Source: a virus (lineage: Duplodnaviria; Caudoviricetes). Taken from it: a stretch of 44,895 nucleotides of DNA. This document shows, piece after piece, positions 35,798 to 44,895 of the stretch. Numbering within the stretch: the stretch's first letter is position 1; each line of letters begins with the position of its first letter. The stretch spans positions 1 to 44,895 of IMG/VR virus record IMGVR_UViG_3300032608_000181; one strand, given 5' to 3'. Under the pieces are notes generated by a model. That model ran no database searches and was not told the origin of the DNA. It worked only from the letters and a program-made list of their open reading frames with translations. Position numbers and translations under genes: made by a program.

Positions 35798-36771
35798 GCT
35801 AATAAAGCTCCATCACCTTTTAAAATAATTGCATCTCTATCTGGATTAAATTCATAAGTTATATTCCTGACATACATCGTAACTCCAAGATCGGTTCCCT
35901 GTGATTCGTCTGTCCAAGTTCTTTTTGCACCAGGAGTTGGAACACTCCCCAGAAATGGTGTGGATATTTCAACTCTTGGCCGATTCATTATCGTTATGAT
36001 GTTGTTAAGGCAAACATTCACATTGGCCTCAGTATTGTGATATTGAGCTACCGAAAGTTCTTTCCCGTAGGCGTAAGCAGAAGTTTGTGAAAAATCTCCC
36101 GATCTTGCCAGGGAAATAGGTGAATTGTATGGATACTTTGCGGGGCCAAAATCAAACTCATCCAAAGCCGCTGTTCCACTATCTCCAAGCATATCAATCA
36201 AATAAGCAGTAGTTCCATCTACATAAAATAAGTGCGTATAAAAAGCTGCAATAGAAGAAGCAAGGTCAATACTTAGTTTTAATCCACTCGTGGTATGTAG
36301 AACATTCGGTGATATTGCCCTGGCATCATCAGTATTAAGAGTAGTTATTTCCGCTATGCCTTCCAAGATTGTGGCTAATATAACATTAAGCGTGTTATTG
36401 TAAGCTGTTGCATCAGCAATTGTTTCATCAAAATTTGATCCGTATAATCCGTAAGTTATACTGCTTCTATTTATTTCTTCAAGATGAGCAGTGCCGACAA
36501 ATAATGTCTCAGCAGCCCCTTCCGTAGTGGCGGTATATTTTATTGTGATAGCTCCGGTTATCGGAGGAGGCCAGTCGCTGTCAAACAGATCAGGAAAGAA
36601 TGAAATAGAACCATAACCCATCTCACAATATCCACCATAATCATAAGGCAATTTTCTTTGCGGAGGGTCAAAATTACTTATCCTACCTCGCCATTGATGA
36701 GTTAGACTATTGATATACTCAACAGAGAGATAATTCACGACTGCATTTATTGTAAATTCAACAAGTAACAT
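35794..36771 (-). CDS. Tail tip/hub-like protein
   Basis: Immediately downstream of the tape measure gene; beta-rich. Confidence 0.6.
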   Translation of the reverse strand: MLLVEFTINAVVNYLSVEYINSLTHQWRGRISNFDPPQRKLPYDYGGYCEMGYGSISFFPDLFDSDWPPPITGAITIKYTATTEGAAETLFVGTAHLEEINRSSITYGLYGSNFDETIADATAYNNTLNVILATILEGIAEITTLNTDDARAISPNVLHTTSGLKLSIDLASSIAAFYTHLFYVDGTTAYLIDMLGDSGTAALDEFDFGPAKYPYNSPISLARSGDFSQTSAYAYGKELSVAQYHNTEANVNVCLNNIITIMNRPRVEISTPFLGSVPTPGAKRTWTDESQGTDLGVTMYVRNITYEFNPDRDAIILKGDGALLA

Positions 36772-39700
36772 TAGTTATATATCCTATTTTCTCCAACCTC
36801 TCGTTTCAAAGCACTTACACGAACACCATCCGATACTGATTTAATTTTATATTCAAGAGTTTTTCCATCAAGCTCCAGCACAAGATTAAGATTGAGTGGT
36901 CCTGAACCTCTACCTCTATCATTATCACCATCGCTTAATGGGGTTATTCTTTCAGTTCCATGCAATATAACAGGGTATCCGCTCATTGGGCCAGAGAAAA
37001 TTCCTCCATGTTGGGCTTTTGGAATGCCACCTTCAAAGGCGTCAATATTGTACCTAACATTGACTACCTTGTCTTCAGGCGTCCAGCTATCAACGAGATC
37101 AGCAAGCGATTCAAAAGAAAGAGCAGACGCATCCATGCCCTCCCCTATTGTTCCTACAACATCGCCTAATGTATCGCCCATATTAATAAGAGTTTCATCA
37201 AGAGTAATCCCTGCAAAAGTAGCAAAATCCGATATATCCATATTGAGGATGTCTATTGCATCAGTGCCACTGGCTTCTAATTCGGAGAACGCCGCTTCAC
37301 CTGCTGAAGAAATACTATCAAAAGCCTCAGATACAGCATCAGCAGTATTATTAATTGCATCCCGACTCTGACCTCCAAAAACAACGGCGGCTTGCGTTGC
37401 TGCATCAAAAGCCTCAATAGCCGTCATTGATATATTATTTCCCCATTCATCAATAATCGTATTGGCCGTCTCATAATCATTTCTATTTTCGTCAAAAAAT
37501 TCCTGTGCCGCTCCTGTAGCTCCTTCATAATATTCAGTTATTGTACCAAGTGCGCTTTGCGCCCAGGCCTGCTCTGCCTCAGTCAACATATCATAACTAT
37601 TTACTTGCGACTCATAAAAAGCCTGTGCCGCCGCAGTACCTTCAGTAGTTAGCGACTCATAATCACTAAGCGCAGTTAACACCCATGCTTGTTCTACTTC
37701 TGTGAGTGCCCGATAACTTTCCTCCGCCGAATCGAAAAAGGTTTGAGACATGGCCGTGCGTACGTTTGTCGAATCAGTCCAAACTTCGAGCATTGCATTT
37801 ACATAATCTTGCTCAGAAGTGGACAAGTCCTCCATCTTGCTTTTCATGTCATCGATATAACTTTCTGCTGAGGCAACTGCCGCCGCATAATACTCGTCCA
37901 TATCCATTGTTGCGGATGGACCTTCAGTCATAGTCTTTAAATCTTTTTTGTTTTTCAGTGCAGCTTTAAGATTCCCTACATCCCATTCAAGAGTCAGTTC
38001 CAATATTTCAGCACTGGTAACTGGGGTCTCTGTCCCCCAAAGTACTTCCTGAGACCACTCTTCTCCACTTAATGACGTTGCTACCCTTCCGAACTCATCT
38101 ACATGATATCCAAAGTCTCGCATTGCCTCACCAAGATTCTCATATCGGGCAGTTACTGCTTCGACGGACTCACCATGTATCTTGGCTAACTCCTCATATT
38201 CCCCAGCAGACGCCTTTAATGAAACCGCCTGGGCCAAAAAGTAACCGACGGAGGCATCGCCAACTATTTCAAACATACCTGTCTGTGATTCACTATAAGT
38301 AGCCGCTGCCTGTTCTGAGGATTCAAGGGTGTCATAATAATCATCAAATTGCTGTTTCAGGTCAAACAAATGACTTCGTCTTTTCCTTATGTCCTCTATA
38401 TTGATGGCGGCCATGATAGCCATAGCAGCAAATCCGGCGATCGCTCCACCTGCCCCTAATCCTGCGGAAGCTCCACTTGTTCCTCCAACCGCTGGCGCTG
38501 AAGCATACATTCCTCCTGTGCCAACTCCTGTCAAACCAGAACCCGCAAGAGAACCCCCGACTCCTGCTGTTCCTGCACCAGCTCCTGCTACTCCTGTCGC
38601 TCCGCTTAACATCGCCGTATAAGCTGATGGAGTTAAGTTTCCAAGACTCTGCAAAGCACCTATGCTCATAGTGCTTCCTGTCCCAACGCCATACGCACCA
38701 GCATACCCCCCTATTGCTGAATAATACGCTGATGGGGTGGCTGCTTGCCCCGCCCCGCCTATCAAGCTGCCTATACTGGCAGTTCCGGTTGTAGCGCCTG
38801 CTCCAAATAAACCAGATAAATAACTTGTTATGCCAGTCTTGTCTCCAATATAACTTGCGATCTTGCCAAGGATTGAAGTTGCAATACTGTCTCCCCCACC
38901 TCCCCCGCTATCAGTAAGGCCAACGAGGTCTCCAAGCCAGCCAAGGATCTTTGTCTTAGCCCATTCAACAAGTATCTTAGCTACCCAATCAGCAAAGGAT
39001 TTAAGCATATCGTCAAGTATAGCATCCCAGAAGTCGCTTAGGCTGGAAATCTCGCCAGTAATAAAATCAGAGATATTAGACCTAAAGCTATTTCCAATTT
39101 CTTTGAACATATCATTGGCCGATACAGCCATGTAGTTGCCCCAGGAGATCCAATCGTTTTGATCCTCTAATCGGTAACCTTTGAGGACGTCGAAAAAGTT
39201 TTCAGAGTTTTTCAGCATCTTAATATAGGATTTTTCATTCGCATCTGCTAACCAACCATCTATTCCTTTCACTAAATCGGCATATTCTTGTGTATCTACA
39301 TATTTCTCATCAAGAAATTTTCTATATTCGTCAGCTTTCTTATCATTTAGAGCGAGTTCGTATGCATAACTTTCTTTTGTCATGCGTTCCATATCACCGT
39401 ATAAAGAGTTTAAAGTCTCAATAACATCAGAACTAAATTGCTCATAGGTTTTTACTTTTTTAGCATTAGCTTCTTTAGTTGTATCAATAAGACCTCGTTC
39501 CATTCTCATAAAATAAGACTCAAAATCAGCACCTAATGCAGAAACACTTTGCCAATAAATAACTTCTGCATCATACCTATCATCTAAAGCGACACCATGA
39601 ATATTGACAAGACCTCTTTCCATTTGCATAAATCGAGTGCTATAATCATCGCCAAGAGCCGCCCAACTTTCAAAACCCTCTGCAGTAGTTGTTTCAATAG

Positions 39701-41306
39701 CTTTAACGGTATCAACTACAGTCTTTTTTACTTCATCAAATCCTTTTGTGACTTCTTTTGTAGCTTCTTTCGCAACTTTAGGGAAGGCCTTCATTTTTTC
39801 TAACCAAGAATCAGTGACATCTCTTGTATCAATGATTTTCATAGTCACTTTCTGAGCTTCTTGCCCAAATCCCTTTATACTATTTATTCCTAATCCGATT
39901 GTACTTATAACTTTATCACCTACTTTATTTAGAGCATTCCAAGCATCAATGAAAATACTTAGATCTGGATATACCCAATTTAATGCTTCGCCTATTTGAT
40001 TTAAACTATCACGAAGATCATCTAAATGAGTAATGATATAAGTTATAGCACCTATTAAAAGTCCGGCAGTAGCAGACTTAAATAATATTGCACCTACTAA
40101 TCCAGCACTAACAGCAGCTGCTGGAAGATTATTATAAATATCAACAATTGTCATAAGTGATGTTGCCATCTTATCAATATATTCAGGAACTTTTTGCTTT
40201 ATAAGTGCTTCATTTTGTTTTACCCAATCAGCAGTCTTTAAAATGATATCTTTTAAATAAGGCAATAGTGCATCACCTATGATAACAAGCACTTTTTCTT
40301 TTACTGATTTCCATATCTGAACAAATGCTTCAGTAGTTTTCGTCCATCTCTGAAATGCTTCTTCTGCCAGGCCAGCTTTATTTCTGAAAGTATCCATTGA
40401 GGTATTGAAAGCCTTACCACCTTCGGCTGCAATCGCAAGCGCACCAGTAGCACCTTCGATAGCACCTAATAACTTAACCATTTCAACGCCACTTGAATTA
40501 GAATACTCTTTTAATTTGACAAGAGTTTCAGCAAATCCCCAAGTCTGGATAGCAGCCTTATAACCACTAACTCCGAGTTTCTCCCAAGCAGTTTTTAATT
40601 CTGCACTTCCTCTTTGTAATCCACTTATTATAGCCTTATAAGCTGTGCCAGCTTCCGAAGTAGAACCAAGCACTTTTGATACAGTAGCAAGGCTGGCTCC
40701 TAATTCATCAGCCGAAACACCAGCCTCCGCTGAAATAACTGCAAGACCACCGATAATAGGGATTAATTCAGCAACAGAAGTTTGCCCTTCTTTTTCAATA
40801 GCGAATAATAAATCAGCTGCTTCAGAAGTTGTCTTTAACTCGTCACCATAGCCAGCCATGATTTTAGTAATACCTTTGATAGCTTCTGCCTGATCTATAT
40901 GAGCAGTCTTGGCAAGTTTTGAGGCAGTAGTTAATGTCTCTAATGCTGCTTTTGGTTCTGTAACGCCAGCAGATATGACCTGATAATAACCTTTCATCAA
41001 CTCTATAGACGTTCCAAGCACAGGATCAATGGATTCTACAGCTTTTTTAATCACATCAAATGACTGATTAGTTACTTTGCCCATATCAACTAATGCAGTT
41101 TCATATTTAGTGGCTACGTTAATAGCTTCTTTACCTATTTTAGATAAGGCATAAGTAGCCGCTGTAGCTGCCGCCGCCGCTGCAAGGGCTATCCTTTTAA
41201 AAGAGGTCGTGAAGGAAGTTTGAGCTTTCGCCATGTCCCCTTTTAAATATTTAGAATCAGCTCTTACATTTATGTATGCATTCCCTACATTTACGCCAGT
41301 TGCCAT
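36771..41306 (-). CDS. Tail tape measure protein (TP901-family core)
   Basis: 1511 aa; VGNAYINVRAD start; Ala-rich helical core YQVISAG...EGQTSV.EL; GGIFSGP..GYPV.LHG.E C-terminal motif. Confidence 0.93.
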   Translation of the reverse strand: MATGVNVGNAYINVRADSKYLKGDMAKAQTSFTTSFKRIALAAAAAATAATYALSKIGKEAINVATKYETALVDMGKVTNQSFDVIKKAVESIDPVLGTSIELMKGYYQVISAGVTEPKAALETLTTASKLAKTAHIDQAEAIKGITKIMAGYGDELKTTSEAADLLFAIEKEGQTSVAELIPIIGGLAVISAEAGVSADELGASLATVSKVLGSTSEAGTAYKAIISGLQRGSAELKTAWEKLGVSGYKAAIQTWGFAETLVKLKEYSNSSGVEMVKLLGAIEGATGALAIAAEGGKAFNTSMDTFRNKAGLAEEAFQRWTKTTEAFVQIWKSVKEKVLVIIGDALLPYLKDIILKTADWVKQNEALIKQKVPEYIDKMATSLMTIVDIYNNLPAAAVSAGLVGAILFKSATAGLLIGAITYIITHLDDLRDSLNQIGEALNWVYPDLSIFIDAWNALNKVGDKVISTIGLGINSIKGFGQEAQKVTMKIIDTRDVTDSWLEKMKAFPKVAKEATKEVTKGFDEVKKTVVDTVKAIETTTAEGFESWAALGDDYSTRFMQMERGLVNIHGVALDDRYDAEVIYWQSVSALGADFESYFMRMERGLIDTTKEANAKKVKTYEQFSSDVIETLNSLYGDMERMTKESYAYELALNDKKADEYRKFLDEKYVDTQEYADLVKGIDGWLADANEKSYIKMLKNSENFFDVLKGYRLEDQNDWISWGNYMAVSANDMFKEIGNSFRSNISDFITGEISSLSDFWDAILDDMLKSFADWVAKILVEWAKTKILGWLGDLVGLTDSGGGGGDSIATSILGKIASYIGDKTGITSYLSGLFGAGATTGTASIGSLIGGAGQAATPSAYYSAIGGYAGAYGVGTGSTMSIGALQSLGNLTPSAYTAMLSGATGVAGAGAGTAGVGGSLAGSGLTGVGTGGMYASAPAVGGTSGASAGLGAGGAIAGFAAMAIMAAINIEDIRKRRSHLFDLKQQFDDYYDTLESSEQAAATYSESQTGMFEIVGDASVGYFLAQAVSLKASAGEYEELAKIHGESVEAVTARYENLGEAMRDFGYHVDEFGRVATSLSGEEWSQEVLWGTETPVTSAEILELTLEWDVGNLKAALKNKKDLKTMTEGPSATMDMDEYYAAAVASAESYIDDMKSKMEDLSTSEQDYVNAMLEVWTDSTNVRTAMSQTFFDSAEESYRALTEVEQAWVLTALSDYESLTTEGTAAAQAFYESQVNSYDMLTEAEQAWAQSALGTITEYYEGATGAAQEFFDENRNDYETANTIIDEWGNNISMTAIEAFDAATQAAVVFGGQSRDAINNTADAVSEAFDSISSAGEAAFSELEASGTDAIDILNMDISDFATFAGITLDETLINMGDTLGDVVGTIGEGMDASALSFESLADLVDSWTPEDKVVNVRYNIDAFEGGIPKAQHGGIFSGPMSGYPVILHGTERITPLSDGDNDRGRGSGPLNLNLVLELDGKTLEYKIKSVSDGVRVSALKREVGENRIYN

Positions 41307-41668
41307 TATCTCCTCGATCTGACTTTAGGTTTCGTTTCCAGTTGCTTTATTTTATATATATGATTCATATCACTAATTAAACTGCGTACTGTCCTTACAA
41401 CTCGTTCAAAACAGTCAAGTCTATTTTCTATGTTTAATAGATCAATAACATCAATAACAGCACTCATATTAATATCAATAGGAGGCCCAGCACTACTCAT
41501 AATATACTGTCCTTGACAATACTGATACACCTCCCAGGCATCCTGATTATTAGGATGTAAGTCCGGTATACATTCACTACAGTTTGGAATTTTACCTCTA
41601 TCTTTATGTACTTTCTTGCAAGTCTCGCAGGACGGCTTTTCTTTTACTCGCTCTGCGAGTTCGATGAG
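41306..41668 (-). CDS. Frameshifted C-terminal extension of the tail assembly chaperone (G-T type)
   Basis: The -1 frame is open from the slippery site: LIELAERVKEKPSCETC...CSEC...AWEVYQYCQGQ..., joining track ORF 41306..41530. Confidence 0.75.
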   Translation of the reverse strand, partial: LIELAERVKEKPSCETCKKVHKDRGKIPNCSECIPDLHPNNQDAWEVYQYCQGQYIMSSAGPPIDINMSAVIDVIDLLNIENRLDCFERVVRTVRSLISDMNHIYKIKQLETKPKVRSRR

Positions 41669-42069
41669 TTTTTTATTTCTGCTTCCTTCGGTGGTTCTGC
41701 CTGATCAGTATTTAATTGTTCAAGACAGTTACCAATAAAAAGGGCAAACCACGACCACTCCCGCATAAACTTAGTTTTATTCAAGCTATTGCAGGGGATA
41801 GGTTTGCCCTTAGTATCTTCTATACCATTCCAGTCAACTATACATCTGTCCCATAAAAGCTCCAGTTGCTTTTCTTCATCAACCTTGTCAGATACTTCGT
41901 ATCTTATACCTCTGCGATATTCTGGAGGTATCTTTTTGGTACATAGTTTAGTGACTTCTTTTAATTGTGCGACATTTAATGCTTGTAATAATACATGCCC
42001 ACCTTCCGGCTTATCTTCATCGAAGAAAAACTTTGTGGCCGGATTGAGATTTCCAATATCTACTCTCAT
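41644..42069 (-). CDS. Tail assembly chaperone
   Basis: Between tail tube and tape measure genes; IVDWNGIED..G.PIPC. Confidence 0.85.
   Translation of the reverse strand: MRVDIGNLNPATKFFFDEDKPEGGHVLLQALNVAQLKEVTKLCTKKIPPEYRRGIRYEVSDKVDEEKQLELLWDRCIVDWNGIEDTKGKPIPCNSLNKTKFMREWSWFALFIGNCLEQLNTDQAEPPKEAEIKNSSNSQSE
41646..41674 (-). other. Programmed -1 frameshift signal
   Basis: A AAA AAC (41674-41668) followed 7 nt later by hairpin ACTCGC-AGA-GCGAGT. Confidence 0.8.
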
Positions 42070-42126
42070 TTTAAAACTCCTTTCATCCTGGATATGACAG
42101 TCCAGGGCATTAAAAGGTTAATTAGA

Positions 42127-42624
42127 TTATACTAACACCATACAACCACTTACACGACATGAGAAATCAGTTACTATCAGCCCGCTCTTGTCAGAACTAA
42201 TATTATATGAAGTTACGTTCACATGAGACAATACAGTAGCATTCCCTGTAGTGTCTGATGGACTCCAGTAATAAGTTGTCTGACATGGCTCATACCAGGA
42301 TGTATTATCGACATACAATCTCAAATTCGTAATGTCCGTATTATCAAGATTGGCTGCCTTCAATACATCTTGTCCTGTAGTATCAGCAGGATCACATAAT
42401 CCTGAGAAGGTTACAGTCCCACCGTCTTTCAATCCAAATTTATAACTCTTCCAGCTATCACCAAATTCCGTGGTTTCAAGTTCATCAGAAGTAATACCGT
42501 TCAATGCCCAAGTACCCATTCCGACTACTTCACCAGTAGCACGAGCTCCTAGACTAACCATGCACTCACGGCCAATTTTTGTTGACATTTCAATAACCTC
42601 CATATTATTAAATATTGACTCCAT
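42127..42624 (-). CDS. Major tail tube protein (likely start MSTKIG)
   Basis: W.L....DELETTEFGDSWKSY..GLKDGGTVTFSG..DP.DT.GQ. Confidence 0.85.
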   Translation of the reverse strand: MESIFNNMEVIEMSTKIGRECMVSLGARATGEVVGMGTWALNGITSDELETTEFGDSWKSYKFGLKDGGTVTFSGLCDPADTTGQDVLKAANLDNTDITNLRLYVDNTSWYEPCQTTYYWSPSDTTGNATVLSHVNVTSYNISSDKSGLIVTDFSCRVSGCMVLV

Positions 42625-42672
42625 AAAAAAAGCCCGATCAAACCAATCCTATATTGGCTTAACCGAGCTTTC
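42625..42672 (-). terminator. Terminator-like long hairpin with a U7 tract inside the late operon
   Basis: AAAGCTCGGTTAAGCCAAT-ATAGG-ATTGGTTTGATCGGGCTTT-TTTT. Confidence 0.6.
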
Positions 42673-42713
42673 TCTAACAGAAGCGTCTCGTTTAAAACTA
42701 AACTACTTTATTC

Positions 42714-43685
42714 TTAACTACATTTTAAATCATGATACTTACAACCCTCCTGAGAATGTATCCAACTATGGCAATCTTCGCAAAATGTAATCACATTCCA
42801 AAGATCGTTTGCTATCATTTTATTCTGTGTAGCTCCATGAATATGATGAATATAAAGTGCTACATCATTTATGTGTTTGCCACATCTTTGACATTCATAA
42901 TCATCTCTTTCGAGAGCAAGTTGTCTTAATTCAGGAACAACTTCAGTATTTCTTTTTTTACCATAACCTTCCGGCCATTTTTCTTTTCCATAAATAGAAC
43001 ATGAATCTTTGCATCCTTGTGAACAATATAAACGTGATTCACCTATCTTTTGACCTTTAAGAGCTTTTACTCTATTTGAAATTTCAGTCCTTGTAGGATA
43101 AAAATAATGCCCACAATATGTACATTTGGCAAGAAGCAATCCATCTTTATCTGATTTAGAACATTCTTCAATAGTTAATTGGTATGCGTATGTTTCAAAT
43201 AATACTGGATTTTGTCCATATATTTTATTATTTTTTATAATAGTATCTCTATATTTCTTATAGTGTTTTTCATTAAAATCACCAGTGCAGTTTTCATCTC
43301 GCCATTTCTTTTTGTATTTAAGTACTTGCTCTCTGTTTTTCCAATAGTATGCAATTGCACGGTCTTTGATTATGTCCTTATTTTTATTATATTTAGTTAC
43401 TTCATATTCACGATATTTATCAGGGTTCGACTTTCTATCAAGTTTTATTCGTATATTGATTTTGTCTTTATGCTTATTATAATAAGATGCCCCACATTTC
43501 TTTGCATATTCTGGATTGAGTTTATAGTTATCTCTTCTTATCTTCTTAGAACATTCTCTGCATTTGCCTATGAAATTCCCATTGTCACTACGGACAGCAA
43601 AATATTCTATTGTCTTTGGTAACCATTCTCCACAAATAGAACAGGTTTTATATTCTTCATTAAGTTTCAAATTGGTTTTAGACAT
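42714..43685 (-). CDS. HNH endonuclease with several zinc fingers
   Basis: CSIC, CREC, CTYC; ERDDYECQRCG...HHI...NVITFCEDCH.WIH. Confidence 0.85.
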   Translation of the reverse strand: MSKTNLKLNEEYKTCSICGEWLPKTIEYFAVRSDNGNFIGKCRECSKKIRRDNYKLNPEYAKKCGASYYNKHKDKINIRIKLDRKSNPDKYREYEVTKYNKNKDIIKDRAIAYYWKNREQVLKYKKKWRDENCTGDFNEKHYKKYRDTIIKNNKIYGQNPVLFETYAYQLTIEECSKSDKDGLLLAKCTYCGHYFYPTRTEISNRVKALKGQKIGESRLYCSQGCKDSCSIYGKEKWPEGYGKKRNTEVVPELRQLALERDDYECQRCGKHINDVALYIHHIHGATQNKMIANDLWNVITFCEDCHSWIHSQEGCKYHDLKCS

Positions 43686-43944
43686 TTATAACCACACATC
43701 GACAATTAAAATGTTGTGGAGGTAATTGACAAGTTCCTAAAATATAAACTTTTCCAAATAGCCGTTTATGTATATGAACGGTTCTAAAGATTCCATCAGA
43801 ATCAATAGAATATCGTTTGCGACAGAATAACAAAAGGAATCGTTCCCACCACTTAGTTTTTATCAACTTTTTCATTTCCCTGTTATTCTTGTATTTCTTA
43901 GATATATTGTAAGGTGTCCAGTCTGTGAATTGTTTGTCTGACAT
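43678..43944 (-). CDS. Hypothetical protein
   Basis: AAGGGG RBS; ends PPQHFNCRC. Confidence 0.55.
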   Translation of the reverse strand: MSDKQFTDWTPYNISKKYKNNREMKKLIKTKWWERFLLLFCRKRYSIDSDGIFRTVHIHKRLFGKVYILGTCQLPPQHFNCRCVVINV

Positions 43945-43967
43945 TTAATCCCCTTTGGTGGAGGCGG

Positions 43968-44039
43968 AAGGTCAAAGCAGTCACCTTGCCAAAGCTCGAT
44001 ATTAGGTTTTGGAAATATATCAAAAGCTACTTGCTGCAT
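43968..44039 (-). pseudogene. 5' stub of a DNA methyltransferase paralog
   Basis: MQQVAFDIFPKPNIELWQGDCFDL versus MKQQTLDIFPKPNIQLWQGDCLDL at 12345. Confidence 0.7.
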
Positions 44040-44044
44040 AATAT

Positions 44045-44251
44045 CTAATCCTTTAATCCTACCATACCACCATCTTTACCTTTTGTCAAGCCTTTTTTTC
44101 GCTTCTCATCAGCTCGCCAATTTAGCGTTTCATTGACATTAATTGAACTAATGCCACCAAGATACATATTACAGGTGACGGAACCTACCCGTTCCTTGAT
44201 CAGAAACTCTTTAATAACCTTCATCACCCTATAGAAATCATTCTCTGCCAT
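44045..44251 (-). CDS. Small hypothetical protein, weakly DUF2292/YezD-like
   Basis: GSVT.NM..GGI..I...ET pattern. Confidence 0.45.
   Translation of the reverse strand: MAENDFYRVMKVIKEFLIKERVGSVTCNMYLGGISSINVNETLNWRADEKRKKGLTKGKDGGMVGLKD
44061..44089 (-). promoter_or_regulatory. Internal sigma70 promoter candidate
   Basis: TTGACA-17 nt-TATGGT with TGn, about 20 nt before the methyltransferase stub. Confidence 0.5.
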
Positions 44252-44892
44252 TATGCTTCCCTATACTGGAAGTTATTGAGCTTCTTATATAATTCATAAG
44301 TTGATCTATTGACTTCATAAGTAGTTATGTGCCCTATCTCAATGCTTGTATCTACATAAATATCAATATCATTATCTCTAAGTTTAGCACAAAGACCAAT
44401 ATCCTCACCAATAGTTTTTCCTTCTTCATTAATTGTTGTTTGAAACCACGGCATCTGAATATCAAAGAATATACTTGTATTGAACATCAAGCATCCACAA
44501 CCAGTTGCATCTACCTTAACAAGCTCCCCTAAATAACACTCCTTATCTGGTACATGAGTATAAGCCCCAGGTTTTCCACGATATAAGATAGGATCGAATG
44601 GGGGCCAACGTCTATGAACCGGCGTGCCAACAACTGGCTTATCATGGCTCAATAGCTTTTCAATGCAATCCTGGGGATATATCTGGTCTGTGTCCATAAG
44701 AATTAAGTGTGTACAATCTTCCTCTAATGCCTGCGTCACAAGGTTGTTTCTAATCGCATCAATATGACCTGGGAACTTAGGTAGTAATAATGTATAGTCT
44801 GGCTTTGCCATAATCACAAAAGACGTAAAGAATTGCGTATAAATCTTCTCGTCAGTGAGAGGCAATCCTATCGCTATCTTTCTACGTCCCAT
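44251..44892 (-). CDS. GT-A fold (family 2-like) glycosyltransferase
   Basis: RNNLV..AL...THLILMDTD (DxD); VDATGCGCLM; PWF...GED..LC...IGH. Confidence 0.85.
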   Translation of the reverse strand: MGRRKIAIGLPLTDEKIYTQFFTSFVIMAKPDYTLLLPKFPGHIDAIRNNLVTQALEEDCTHLILMDTDQIYPQDCIEKLLSHDKPVVGTPVHRRWPPFDPILYRGKPGAYTHVPDKECYLGELVKVDATGCGCLMFNTSIFFDIQMPWFQTTINEEGKTIGEDIGLCAKLRDNDIDIYVDTSIEIGHITTYEVNRSTYELYKKLNNFQYREA

Positions 44893-44895
44893 TTC

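Noticed and set aside
36892-43622. Numerous plus-strand ORFs opposite the tail and HNH genes
   Set aside because: Antisense shadows of long real genes, with no RBS or motifs.

Overview
This window is most of a tailed dsDNA phage genome (siphovirus-like, AT-rich, sigma70-type promoters, strong GGAGG ribosome-binding sites). The host is probably diderm, since the phage encodes an outer-membrane beta-barrel, a lipoprotein and a MotA/ExbB-type protein. Layout: (i) 1-2.4 kb, minus-strand small genes ending in a terminase-associated-type HNH gene and a G-rich terminus-like tract; (ii) 2.75-5.7 kb, a plus-strand early operon (DUF3560 protein and small ORFs); (iii) 5.7-19.5 kb, a minus-strand replication and accessory region (RusA, Hsp20-like, metallophosphoesterase, PQ-loop protein, DNA methyltransferase, Lar-like, LmbU-like, replication initiator with iterons, HNH, GIY-YIG-HTH); (iv) 19.6-24.5 kb, a roughly 580-nt structured non-coding leader, then a Cas4-like exonuclease, a gp3-like protein and small ORFs; (v) 24.6-44.9 kb, a minus-strand late operon of tail and lysis genes. 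Terminase, portal, capsid and integrase are not in the window. Most notable: about ten attC-like integron recombination sites that organise accessory genes into cassette arrays with no integrase in view; a cassette whose cargo is a tRNA-like RNA with its acceptor stem built from the attC core sites; a boxA-led cluster of structured RNA; and a MotA/ExbB + MotB/ExbD-like + membrane protein + membrane-anchored ClpP module inside the lysis region. All calls come from reading motifs by eye; no database search was run.
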